Shown here in pieces: positions 16,997 to 28,553 of a stretch of 61,892 nt of DNA. The first letter of the stretch is position 1. Every line of letters starts with the position of its first letter. The notes under the pieces are model-generated. The model did not search any database. It was not told the DNA's origin and saw nothing but the letters and a program-made list of their open reading frames with translations. The stretch covers positions 1-61,892 of the forward strand of contig JACDQK010000078.1 of assembly GCA_015657645.1 (NCBI GenBank). Direction: 5' to 3'. The position numbers and the translations under genes are program-made. Source of the DNA: Novosphingobium sp. (GTDB lineage Bacteria; Pseudomonadota; Alphaproteobacteria; Sphingomonadales; Sphingomonadaceae).

Positions 16997-18360
16997 GACT
17001 TCAGATTCCCTGACCTAGCGGGCGGCACCAGCACAAATGCCACCGCCACCCCGACCAGCCCCGCCAATGCCATGGAACGGAATGGGTAATCAACAAGCGA
17101 ATGAAGGGTTACGATAGTTAACGTGCCGGCGCTGAATACGGCCTGGGCCCGCGGGACCCCGCTTGTCCCCCGCAGCGCGCGCAGCAGGGCCAGCAGTACC
17201 AGCACGGCCATCGCGGCCCAGGTCAGCGCCAACGGAAGGCCGCCTTCGAGCAGCAGTTCGAGGTATTCGTTATGGGCGCGGTTGGGCAGTACCGGGCCGA
17301 TTGCTTCCAGCCGCTCGGCCGGGCCGATCACGCGGGTGAAGGTCCCCAGGCCGCTGCCGAGCGGCCAATACTGGTCAATCGCAAAGAGGGTGTCGCGCCA
17401 GATGTCGGGGCGATATTCGCCGCTGAAGCCGAAGCGCAGCAGCACTTGCTGGATCGGGCGGGTTTGCCAGGCCGCGGCGGCCAGGCCTATCCCGATTCCC
17501 CCGGCCAGCGCGAGGTTGCGCACCCGGAACAGCGAGGTCTGGCTGAACAGTTCGCCGCGCACCAGATACAGGCACCAGGCCAGCGCTAGCGGAGCAAGGG
17601 CGATGCCAGTGCGCGAGCCGGTCAGAAATGCCCCCAACAGCAGGAGCAGCGCCAGCGCCCCCACGGCCGCCAGCACGGCGCGGCTGCGGCCCGCCCGCTC
17701 GTGCCAGGCGGCGACCAGCGCGATCAGACCGATCAGCAGCACATCGACCTGGGCGTTGCGGTTAGCCTGGAACCCGCCGAGCACCCCGGCATCGTTGCCG
17801 ACATAGAATTGCAGCGGCCCATGGCCGGCCGAGGCCAGCTGGCCCGCGCCGACAGCGACCGAGACCAGCGCGAAAATGGCCATGGCCTTGAGCAGCATCT
17901 GCCGTCCGCTCTCGGATAGGCTTGCGGCCATGGCCAGCGCCAGCAGCGGCGGCAGCAGGGCCAGCAGCCCGTCCAGCGTGCGCTGCGGCGCGACCGAGAG
18001 CGGCCACCAGGACTGATCTGTCCCGACCAGCGCCAGGCTCTCGCGCAGCAGGTCACGACCGGGCAGGGCCTGCCACAGGGCGGGCGGGAGCGGGATCAGC
18101 TGAACCGCTGGCACCAGAACGGTCAGCCCGATAACCCACCACAGCGGCTTGCCGTGCTGCAGCTGGTCGGGACCGCGCAAGGCGACCCAGCCCAACAATG
18201 CCAGCGCCGCGAGGACCTGGCAGGCCAGTTCAGAGATCGGCGCTGGGGTGCCGCCGCCGCCAAAAACCAGCAGCAGCGGAATATAAGCCAGCGCCAGCCA
18301 GGTGAGCGCGCGATCCTGCCCTGGCGCGTCTGCGTGGTTCATCGCCCGGTCGTGCATCAT
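16993..18360 (-). CDS. O-antigen ligase / Wzy_C family integral membrane protein (polymerase, ligase or O-oligosaccharyltransferase)
   Basis: About 12 TM segments; GFQANRN, LTGSRTG, GSGLGTF, RAHNEYLELLLEGG, LHSLVDYPFR motifs. Confidence 0.85.
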   Translation of the reverse strand: MMHDRAMNHADAPGQDRALTWLALAYIPLLLVFGGGGTPAPISELACQVLAALALLGWVALRGPDQLQHGKPLWWVIGLTVLVPAVQLIPLPPALWQALPGRDLLRESLALVGTDQSWWPLSVAPQRTLDGLLALLPPLLALAMAASLSESGRQMLLKAMAIFALVSVAVGAGQLASAGHGPLQFYVGNDAGVLGGFQANRNAQVDVLLIGLIALVAAWHERAGRSRAVLAAVGALALLLLLGAFLTGSRTGIALAPLALAWCLYLVRGELFSQTSLFRVRNLALAGGIGIGLAAAAWQTRPIQQVLLRFGFSGEYRPDIWRDTLFAIDQYWPLGSGLGTFTRVIGPAERLEAIGPVLPNRAHNEYLELLLEGGLPLALTWAAMAVLVLLALLRALRGTSGVPRAQAVFSAGTLTIVTLHSLVDYPFRSMALAGLVGVAVAFVLVPPARSGNLKS

Positions 18361-18363
18361 AGC

Positions 18364-18396
18364 AAAAGGGCCCCGGCCTTGCGGCGAGGGCCCTTT
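18364..18396 (-). terminator. Rho-independent terminator after the small exported protein gene
   Basis: Minus strand AAAGGGCCC-TCGCCGCAAGGCCG-GGGCCCTTTT, a GC stem followed by a U run. Confidence 0.75.
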
Positions 18397-18425
18397 GGGA
18401 AAAGTGGCTTGCGACGCAGCGTCAC

Positions 18426-18899
18426 TCAGCCGTTGCTGGCATTCCCGAGGGCAGCTGCCAGCCCGCCGGCCGCAACCGCGCCGAGCAGGACCGGGAGCAC
18501 TGCACCGGCACCGCCGCCACCAGCGCCCGCACCGGCAACCTGGCTGCCGACATTGTTGGCGGCATTGGATGCCGGGGCCGTGCTGCAGTCACGGCTGCTG
18601 AGCAGGTTGTTGACGACGCCTTCAGCCGAGCCATTGTTCGAGGCCGGACCCGTGGTCACCGTGCAAACGCAGCCGCCACCGGGAAGCTGGTCACGCACAA
18701 TGTCCGCTGCGCCGGGGGTACCGGTGCGGACAACCTTGACCGAACACTGGCCCGCAGCGCCAGCACCCTGGGCGAGAGCTACAACCGGGAGCGCATCAAC
18801 CGAGCGCAGGCCGGCTGCCGCGGTGACCCCTGCGGTCATCAGGCCAGCTGCTGCCAGTGCACTGAAAACGTAACCTGCCACGCGAAAACTCCGGACCAA
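18426..18899 (-). CDS. Small exported protein with 4 Cys, low-complexity linker and Gly-rich C-terminal hydrophobic tail
   Basis: Signal-peptide-like N-terminus; C..CVC..C; STAPASNAANNVGSQVAGAGAGGGGAG then VLPVLLGAVAAGGLAAAL; own terminator. Confidence 0.7.
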   Translation of the reverse strand: MVRSFRVAGYVFSALAAAGLMTAGVTAAAGLRSVDALPVVALAQGAGAAGQCSVKVVRTGTPGAADIVRDQLPGGGCVCTVTTGPASNNGSAEGVVNNLLSSRDCSTAPASNAANNVGSQVAGAGAGGGGAGAVLPVLLGAVAAGGLAAALGNASNG

Positions 18900-18984
18900 C
18901 CCCTATTGGGCAGGCGCCTAACATACGTACAAATTCTTAGTAAAGTGGAAAAGTCATGCAAAGCTGGGCAATTGGACGGTTTTG

Positions 18985-18992
18985 TTAACCAT
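18985..18992. promoter_or_regulatory. TTAACCAT CtrA-type half-site upstream of the EPS export arm
   Basis: Exact TTAACCAT in the AT-rich gap upstream of 18899. Confidence 0.35.
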
Positions 18993-19010
18993 GATGCTGC
19001 TTTGCAACAA

Positions 19011-20380
19011 TCAGTAGGCCCGGTCATGGACCACCACCCGCAGGGTCCGCAGGATGATCACGACATCGCGCCACAGGGTCCAGCCCGCCTGGTATTCCAG
19101 ATCGGCCTGGAGCCGCTGCGAAAGATCTGATTCTTCGCGGGTTTCGCCGCGAAAGCCGCGGATTTGGGCCAGCCCGCTCATGCCCGGCTTGAGCGCATGG
19201 CGTTGCCAGTAACGGTCATCGACTTCCCAAAACAGCTTGTCTCCGGCCTGCGAGGCGAGAGCATGGGGGCGCGGCCCGACCAGGCTCATTTCGCCCTTCA
19301 CGACGTAAGCAGTTGCGGCAACTCGTCGACCGAGGTCCGGCGCAACCACCGTCCGACCCGCGTCACCCGGTCATCGTCGCGGCTGGCCGAGCGGGACCCG
19401 GCCTGGTCGGTCTGGGCGACGCGCATGGTCCGGAACTTGTAGATATCGAAGAACTGGTTGTTGCGGCCAACCCGGCGCTGCAGGAACAGCGCCGGCCCGC
19501 CATCCTCCAGCCGGATCGCCAGAGCCACCAGCAGCATTGGCAGCGCCAGCACCAGCAGCATCGGCAGCGTCATCGCCAAATCGAACCCGCGCTTGAGTAG
19601 CCGTGAGCGCAGGCCAAGCGGACCCGCCGCGACCACCAGCGTGCCGACCCCCTCGCTGCGGCTGGTGCCGAGGATGCCAAGATCGATCACTTCGGTATCG
19701 ACAATCTCGCCGCGCATGTGCCCGCCCTTCAGCACCATCGCCCACAAGCGGCGGCGTTCGGGTGGGCAGGTGACGATCACCCGGTCCATCGGCCCGATCA
19801 GCTTGGCCATCCGGTCAAGCCCGTGGGGATCGTCCAGTTGCGGAGGAAGGCCTAGTCGGCTTGCGTCGATCCGGTGACAGTCCGCCAGATCAAGCGCCGG
19901 CCCGCCATCGTCGATCACCAGCAGATTGATCGCGCGCGCACCAACCCAGCGCCGCACCAGCGGTTCCATGTTGTAGCGCGCCCAGACCATCATGAAGAGC
20001 GCGGTAAGGCACCCGAGGCCAAAGCCGAAACGCGAAAGATTGAGGCTGCTGCGGGCCAGGAACAGCGCCAGCAGCACCAGCAGGCTGGCCAACAGCAGGG
20101 CCAGAGCAGCGCGCTGCACGCCGAACTCCGGGGCGATCAGGGCCTGAACGCTGTAAGTCCGGTTAAGCAGCGCCACGGTCCAGAACAGCGGCAGGGCAAG
20201 CTGAGCCGAACCCCAGACGGTATCCTCGGTCGGGCTGCCAAGATAGAGCCAGGTCGAGAGGGCAAAGCCGGCTAGCAGCATGATCCCGTCGAGCAGGAGC
20301 TGGATCGCGTAGATCCGCAGCCGCGTGCGCTCAAGCGAGGCCGGAACCGTAAACGATTGCGCCGTCATGTCATCGAGCAC
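19011..20380 (-). CDS. Priming undecaprenyl-phosphate glycosyl-1-phosphate transferase (WcaJ/GumD-like); 1-bp deletion near 19305
   Basis: KRGFDL, YKFRTM, RVTRVGRWLRRTSVDELPQLL, then (N)VVKGEMSLVGPRPHA and KPGMSGLAQI in the next frame. Confidence 0.9.
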
Positions 20381-20456
20381 TTGGATGGCATGGTTGCGGT
20401 GCGACCCCTAAGTGAAAGCACGCGTTCCCTAGCAGGATCATCGCCTTGGCCAAGGG

Positions 20457-21488
20457 CTATTTGCGCGGGGCGGCGACCCGGGCGATTTCGGTCAACCCCT
20501 GGGCCAGCAGCAGCTCGGCCTGCTGGCTGTTGGCCAGCAGCGCGCGGTGCAGGCCGATCAGCTTGTCGACCAGCCGCGCCAGCCGGGGCCCGCGCCATTT
20601 CCTGAGCTGGCGCAGGATATCGCCCTTGTCCTTGAAGAAGATCCGGCGTGCAGCCGTTTCCGCTTCGACGAACCGCTCGATATCGCCGCTGTTGCCGATC
20701 TTGCCGGACAACTGGGCCAATTGCGCCGCCCGCCGCTCCACCGCCAGTAGCAGACCGACCGGGTTGAGCCCAAGCTCGCGCATCCGCCGCAGCTCGCCCG
20801 GCAGCCGCTGCACCTCGCCAGAGAGCACCGCGTTGACCAGCGGCATCAGCCCGTCATCCTCGGTCCGCGCGCCAATCGCTTCCAGCGCGTCTGCGTCGGC
20901 GCGGCGCGGAGCCTGAGGCGTGGCATCAAGATAGAGCGCCAGCTTGGTTACTTCGCTGGCCGCGATCCGGGTATCGAGCGCCGCGGCGCGGGCAATCCGC
21001 TCGGCCAGATCGCCGCCCAGCGTGACGCCAGCCGCGTCGGCCATGTCGCGCACAGCCCGGGTTACGCTGCCCAGATCCGGCGGGTAGAACATCGCCACCA
21101 GCGCATCGGGCCGGCCAGCCAGCAGCTTGGCGGTGCGCGACTTGTCAGTGGCGCTGCTGGCCATGACGATCACCGGGCAGGGCTCACTTTCGCCCGACAG
21201 CATGGTTTCCACCGCATCATGAGCCTCATCGCCGCTGGCGCGGATCAGGATATGGCGGTTGCCCCCGAACAGCGAGTTGGAACGGGCCTCATCGCCCAGT
21301 CGAACGGGATCCTTGCGCAGTTCGGAACCGGCCAGCTCGATCCGCTCGCCTGGATCGGGCAGCAGGGTGACCAAGTGCTGCGCCGCGTCCTGGATCCCGG
21401 CATCGTCTGGCCCGCACAGAAAGAACACCTTTGCCTCGCGCATGGCGCGCGGGGCGATCGATTTGAAGTCCTTCTGGGTGGCTTTCAC
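20457..21488 (-). CDS. holA: DNA polymerase III subunit delta
   Basis: FFLCGPDD, DPVRLGDEARSNSLFGG, SEVTKLALY; leuS-lptE-holA synteny. Confidence 0.9.
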   Translation of the reverse strand: MKATQKDFKSIAPRAMREAKVFFLCGPDDAGIQDAAQHLVTLLPDPGERIELAGSELRKDPVRLGDEARSNSLFGGNRHILIRASGDEAHDAVETMLSGESEPCPVIVMASSATDKSRTAKLLAGRPDALVAMFYPPDLGSVTRAVRDMADAAGVTLGGDLAERIARAAALDTRIAASEVTKLALYLDATPQAPRRADADALEAIGARTEDDGLMPLVNAVLSGEVQRLPGELRRMRELGLNPVGLLLAVERRAAQLAQLSGKIGNSGDIERFVEAETAARRIFFKDKGDILRQLRKWRGPRLARLVDKLIGLHRALLANSQQAELLLAQGLTEIARVAAPRK

Positions 21489-21981
21489 TGCCCGCCCGCT
21501 TCGCCTTCGCGCAGCTGCAGCGCCAGGCGCGCGACGATCTTGTCCGCCACGACCCTGGCCAGGTTCTCCAGCGCGGTCTGTTCGGCGGCAATGGTGGCAT
21601 ATTCGCTGGAGACCACGTCGATCCCCGCGTCAGAGCCGGCCGTGGCATCCAGCACGATCGCGCCGCTGACGGTATCAACCAGCTGATAGCGCGCGCGCAG
21701 GGTGCGGCGTTCGCGGCCGATCGTATCGTCGGACAGCAGGCCGAGGCCTTCGAGCTTGTCATCGAGCCGCACGTCGAGCCGGTAGCGCGGCGTCACGCGG
21801 CCAGCCGCGCCCAGCCGGTCGACCAGGGCGTTGCGGACCAGCCAGCCCGCCTTGCCCTCGATCGCTGGGACCTCGACCGCAGCCAGCCCTTGGGCGACCT
21901 GGCCGCTGGCCCCGCCAGCATACATCGGCTGCAGCCCGCAGGCTGACAGCAGCAGCGCGCCAGCGAGGATCGCCAGATGCT

Positions 21982-21985
<4 letters not shown>
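21485..21985 (-). CDS. lptE: LptE-family outer-membrane lipoprotein
   Basis: Lipobox LSACGLQPMY; lies between leuS and holA. Confidence 0.85.
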
Positions 21986-24571
<2,586 letters not shown>

Positions 24572-25039
24572 TTAGTCGGCGACCGCGCCGCGGCGCAGGT
24601 CACGGGCCTTGGTCAGGATGATGTCTTCCAGCTTCTGCACGGTCGCAGCCTGGACCGGAGCATCGACCCAGACGCCGTTCTGGGCAACCTGGCGGCTCGC
24701 GGCAACGCGCAGCGCATCGGCGCGCAGGTCCTGATCGAGGATGGTGACAGTCACCTTCATCCGCTCACCCACGTTGTTCGGGTTGGCGTACCAGTCGGTC
24801 ACGATCACGCCGCCATTGCTGTCAGTCTGGACCAGCGGCATGAAGCTCAGTGCATCGAGGCTGGCGCGCCACAGGTAGCTGTTGACGCCGATCGTGGTGA
24901 TCTTCGAGGCGGCGAGGTCAGCCTTGGGGCGGTCCTTGCCGCCGCAGCTGGCCAGGGCCAGCGCAGCCATGGCGACCAGGCCCAGACGGCCGATCCGGGA
25001 AAAGGTGCTGTGGCCGGAAGTGACGGTCATCATGGTCAA
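24572..25039 (-). CDS. DUF3576-family lipoprotein
   Basis: Lipobox LASCGG; GVNSYLWRASLDALSFMPLVQTDSNGGVIVTDWY; adjacent to leuS. Confidence 0.85.
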   Translation of the reverse strand: MTMMTVTSGHSTFSRIGRLGLVAMAALALASCGGKDRPKADLAASKITTIGVNSYLWRASLDALSFMPLVQTDSNGGVIVTDWYANPNNVGERMKVTVTILDQDLRADALRVAASRQVAQNGVWVDAPVQAATVQKLEDIILTKARDLRRGAVAD

Positions 25040-25145
25040 GCTACGATCCTGTCTTGGCGGCGAGGGTCAGCCCCCGCACGAAACCTGCGCAGCCTCTATA
25101 GCCAAGGCGGCCAAGGCGGCAAGTGCGCATTGGCCGACTGGGCCG

Positions 25146-25194
25146 TGAACCCCCGCTGAATGCACGGCGGCCGTCCCGGTTAAGCTGCAATTCA
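25146..25194. promoter_or_regulatory. Paired 11-bp-period direct repeats (TGAA-N7-TGAA and TTAA-N7-TTCA), candidate OmpR-family sites (CenR/CtrA-like)
   Basis: Seen in the divergent intergenic region between two envelope genes. Confidence 0.35.
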
Positions 25195-25283
25195 GCGTGG
25201 CAGCGCCAGATAAAGCTTGGCTTCGGGGGCCATCCGGGCGACACTCCGCGAGTCTTCCACTGGACAGCAAAAGAGCGTTGGAC

Positions 25284-26036
25284 ATGACCGCGATCACCAC
25301 CGTCAGCAAGGGCAAGGGGCGCAATAGCGCGGCCTCGGCGCTGCTGATTGCGGCGGCGGTCACGGTGCTGGCCCTGCCAAGCGCCGTCCTGGCCTTGTCG
25401 ATCGGAATCGGGCCGCGCCTGATCGCCCGGACCGAGGCGAGCGTTGATAACGGGTTCCAACCAGCACGGGTCGATCCGCGTCTGGCCCGCTCGATTTCGG
25501 TCCGCGCGCTGGGTGCCGGGCAGACCTTCCGTTTCACTCCGGGTGCCTCGCCCAACCGGCTCGACCGCTCGGTCACGGTCGCGGTCCGCGTTGACAGCAA
25601 CACCGCTCGCCCGGTCCGCACCGCACTTACCGCTGCCGATAGCAGCGGCTTTGGCATTGCTCCCACGGCCTACAGCCTTGGCGTTTCGCGCGGCTACAAG
25701 GGCTTTGCCCAGAACGGCGCTGCCGGATCGGAACTGCGCCGGGTGGAAATTCCTGATCTGGCGAGTTTCAAGCCTTCTCCGGGGGCCAAGGAAGATTCAT
25801 CACGCTTCAGTCCGCGCATCGCGCTGGATGGACGCGAACCGGCTGGCCGTTCGCCGCGTACCTTGCAAGGCCAGCCCGAGGAAATGGTCGATCTTGGCGG
25901 CTCCTATCGCCTGACCCGCAATATCAACGTTACTGCCGGGGTGCGCAGCACCTCGGATCGTGATCGCCTTGCCCCGCTCAGCGATGGGCGCAAGGACAAC
26001 CAGTCGGTCTACGTCGGAACCCAGTTCAAGTTCTGA
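25284..26036 (+). CDS. Exported protein with outer-membrane beta-signal-like C-terminus (hypothetical)
   Basis: Signal peptide; C-terminal beta-strands VDLGGSYRLTRNINVTAGVR...VYVGTQFKF ending in Phe. Confidence 0.7.
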   Translation: MTAITTVSKGKGRNSAASALLIAAAVTVLALPSAVLALSIGIGPRLIARTEASVDNGFQPARVDPRLARSISVRALGAGQTFRFTPGASPNRLDRSVTVAVRVDSNTARPVRTALTAADSSGFGIAPTAYSLGVSRGYKGFAQNGAAGSELRRVEIPDLASFKPSPGAKEDSSRFSPRIALDGREPAGRSPRTLQGQPEEMVDLGGSYRLTRNINVTAGVRSTSDRDRLAPLSDGRKDNQSVYVGTQFKF

Positions 26037-26125
26037 CCTGACTCCACGAATAGCTATTCGCCGAACTTGCCCGCTCCCCGCTGCGGCCTTACCGTGACGC
26101 TACGGATTGGCCGTGTGGGAGATGT

Positions 26126-26851
26126 GTGATGGCAAGAGTGGCAGTGGTTACCGGCGGTACGCGCGGGATTGGCGAGGCGATCTGCCAGCGGCTCAAGCGC
26201 CAGGGCCACCAGGTCATCGCCAACTATGCCGGCAATGAGGAAAAGGCCCAGGCCTTCACCGCCGCCACCGGCATTCCCGCCTATCGCTGGGACGTGGGCG
26301 ATCACGAAGCCACGCTGGAAGGCTGCGCCCGGGTCGAGGCCGACTATGGCCCGATCGATATCGTCATCAACAACGCCGGGATCACCCGCGATGGCACCTT
26401 GCACCGCATGAGCTTCGACGACTGGAACGAAGTGATGCGGATCAATCTGGGCGGCTGCTTCAACATGGCCAAGGCGGCCTTCCCGGGCATGCGTGAGCGC
26501 GGCTGGGGCCGGATCGTCAACATCGGCTCGATCAATGGCCAGGCCGGACAATATGGCCAGGTCAACTATGCCGCCGCCAAGTCCGGCATCCACGGCTTTA
26601 CCAAGGCGCTGGCTCAAGAGGGCGCGAAGTTCGGCGTCACCGTCAACGCGATCGCGCCGGGCTATATCGATACCGACATGGTGGCTGCCGTGCCGGCCCC
26701 GGTGCTCGAGAAGATCGTCGCCAAGATCCCGGTCGGCCGCCTTGGCATGGCTGAGGAAATCGCCCGCGGCGTGGCCTTTCTGACCAGCGACAACGGCGGT
26801 TTCGTGACCGGCTCGACCATGTCTATCAATGGCGGCCAGCATATGTATTAA
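26126..26851 (+). CDS. phbB: Acetoacetyl-CoA reductase
   Basis: VTGGTRGIG, NNAGITRD, GQYGQVNYAAAKSG, INGGQHMY. Confidence 0.95.
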   Translation: MMARVAVVTGGTRGIGEAICQRLKRQGHQVIANYAGNEEKAQAFTAATGIPAYRWDVGDHEATLEGCARVEADYGPIDIVINNAGITRDGTLHRMSFDDWNEVMRINLGGCFNMAKAAFPGMRERGWGRIVNIGSINGQAGQYGQVNYAAAKSGIHGFTKALAQEGAKFGVTVNAIAPGYIDTDMVAAVPAPVLEKIVAKIPVGRLGMAEEIARGVAFLTSDNGGFVTGSTMSINGGQHMY

Positions 26852-26887
26852 TCGACGAAACAAGGATTTCGTCGGAGTGTGGCGGCC

Positions 26888-27436
26888 ATGAACAAGACTG
26901 CGGCTCAGGCTGATCTGCGCCAGGCTCACATCAACGGGGCGCCGGGGGTGCTGGTTTCCGGACTGATCTGGTTGGCAACCGGATTGCTATGGTACCTGGG
27001 CGGCCCGCGCGAAGCTTTCATTTTCCTGTTCTTCGGCGGAATGGCGATCGCCCCGCTCGCCGCACTGCTGACCCGGTTCGGGTTCAAAGCGCCTGCCGCC
27101 ACAATCGGCAAGCCGCTCGAAAAGATTGCCCTGGTGACAGTGCCGATCATTCTCGCCGGTTTCTTCATCGCCTGGCGCTGGTTCGGCATGGCATCGGCCC
27201 AGGCAATCCCGATCGTCGCCATTGCCATCGGCCTCCGGTACCTAACCTTCAAGGCGATGTTCGAGACTGGCGCCTTTTTGCTGCTTGGCGCTGCCTTCAT
27301 CCTGATCGGTGGAGCAGCATTCATTTCCAGCATCAACCTGGCTGGCCCAGCAGCGCTGCTGCTGGGCCTAATAGAACTGGCGTTTTTTGCTGCCCTCTAT
27401 CGGACCTGGCGCCGACCCGTTGAGGCCGGCGCCTGA
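26888..27436 (+). CDS. Multi-pass inner-membrane protein (DUF7010-like, hypothetical)
   Basis: About 6 TM segments; GAPGVLVSGLIW and IGLRYLTFKAMF patterns. Confidence 0.65.
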   Translation: MNKTAAQADLRQAHINGAPGVLVSGLIWLATGLLWYLGGPREAFIFLFFGGMAIAPLAALLTRFGFKAPAATIGKPLEKIALVTVPIILAGFFIAWRWFGMASAQAIPIVAIAIGLRYLTFKAMFETGAFLLLGAAFILIGGAAFISSINLAGPAALLLGLIELAFFAALYRTWRRPVEAGA

Positions 27437-27442
27437 CGGCGT

Positions 27443-27877
27443 CTAGTCCACGCTGATCCCGGTCATCTTCCAGCTACCGTTCTCCCATGCCATCTGGAGC
27501 GTTTCGACTGCTTCGCCCTTCTTGCTGTAATTCGCCTTGAACGCGATGATCCAGTAGCCGTTCGGCGGGGCCGGGATGAAATTTACCGTCGCAAGCTCGC
27601 GTGATGAGGCCGTGCCCACCTCGTCGCGCACCTTCTTTGAGGCGTCAGCCCACCATTCAACCGTGTTGTGCAGCTTGAACGATTGATGGGCCGCCTGCCA
27701 GCACGCCGCCCAGTCGTTGCGGTCGAGCTGCGCCAGGAACTGCCGGGCAGCATCCACGGCCGCAGCTTCGCTGGCTGGAGTCGCGCTAACCTTGGGCGGG
27801 GCGGCGACAGGCATGACGGGGGTCTGGCTGGTTCCGGACAGAGCGGACAGGGCGAGTAGAGCGAGCGTTGCAGACAT
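27443..27877 (-). CDS. Putative nested in-frame isoform: exported DUF4019-like domain alone (144 aa)
   Basis: GGAGGT-ttgacc-ATG inside the LuxR gene; product begins MSATLALLALSALSGTSQ (signal-peptide-like). Confidence 0.5.
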   Translation of the reverse strand: MSATLALLALSALSGTSQTPVMPVAAPPKVSATPASEAAAVDAARQFLAQLDRNDWAACWQAAHQSFKLHNTVEWWADASKKVRDEVGTASSRELATVNFIPAPPNGYWIIAFKANYSKKGEAVETLQMAWENGSWKMTGISVD

Positions 27878-28210
27878 GGTCAAACCTCCGAAGATCCAGC
27901 CGGTGCGGCGCGAAATGCCGCGACCTTGGGCTGGCTGAGGTGACATCTGCTGCGCTTGGTCCTGCGGGGCATCCCCCAAATCCTTGTCCCCCAGCAATTC
28001 GGGGGTCTTTCCCTCAGCCTCGCGCAGCAGCCGCGCCGCCTCGCGGCTGGAGGATGTGCCAAGCTTGCGCCGCGCATCGCGCAGCCGCTCATTGACCGTG
28101 TGGACCGACAAGCCAAGGCGCCGCGCCATCGATTTGGCGTCATAACCCTGCACCAGCAGGCGCAGCGTTTCTTTCTCCTTGTCGGTCAGGGACAGATGGC
28201 GCTGGGTCAT
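27443..28210 (-). CDS. One-component regulator: LuxR-type HTH + TM + periplasmic DUF4019-like domain
   Basis: LTDKEKETLRLLVQGYDAKSMARRLGLSVHTVNERLRDARRKLG; TM; AARQFLAQLD...W..A...ETL...WKMTG. Confidence 0.85.
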   Translation of the reverse strand: MTQRHLSLTDKEKETLRLLVQGYDAKSMARRLGLSVHTVNERLRDARRKLGTSSSREAARLLREAEGKTPELLGDKDLGDAPQDQAQQMSPQPAQGRGISRRTGWIFGGLTMSATLALLALSALSGTSQTPVMPVAAPPKVSATPASEAAAVDAARQFLAQLDRNDWAACWQAAHQSFKLHNTVEWWADASKKVRDEVGTASSRELATVNFIPAPPNGYWIIAFKANYSKKGEAVETLQMAWENGSWKMTGISVD

Positions 28211-28295
28211 GGCCGGGATGTAGGGGGCAGCCCAACCAGCGGCCACCCCAAATTTTTCGTAGGTGCCCGGACCAGCCTCGCGCTAAATCACCGCC

Positions 28296-28553
28296 ATGAC
28301 CACGCCGTTCCACCCCCCGATCAAGCGCTCGGTCGAGATTGCCGGGCACAAGACCTCGATCAGCCTTGAGCCGCTGTTCTGGGAACTGCTCAAGCAGGCC
28401 GCAGTGGCCGAAGGGCTGCCGATCAGTGCGCTGGTCGCGCGGATCGATTCCGAACGGATTGTCGCACCCACTCCGCCGGGGCTGGCGGGGGCGGTGCGGG
28501 TCTGGCTGGTCGGCTGGCTGGCGTCAAAGCTGGCTCAAGGCCAGACCGCCTAG
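28296..28553 (+). CDS. Ribbon-helix-helix domain protein (RHH_4-like)
   Basis: KRSVEIAGHKTSISLEPLFWELL...LVARID...LAGAVRVW. Confidence 0.85.
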   Translation: MTTPFHPPIKRSVEIAGHKTSISLEPLFWELLKQAAVAEGLPISALVARIDSERIVAPTPPGLAGAVRVWLVGWLASKLAQGQTA

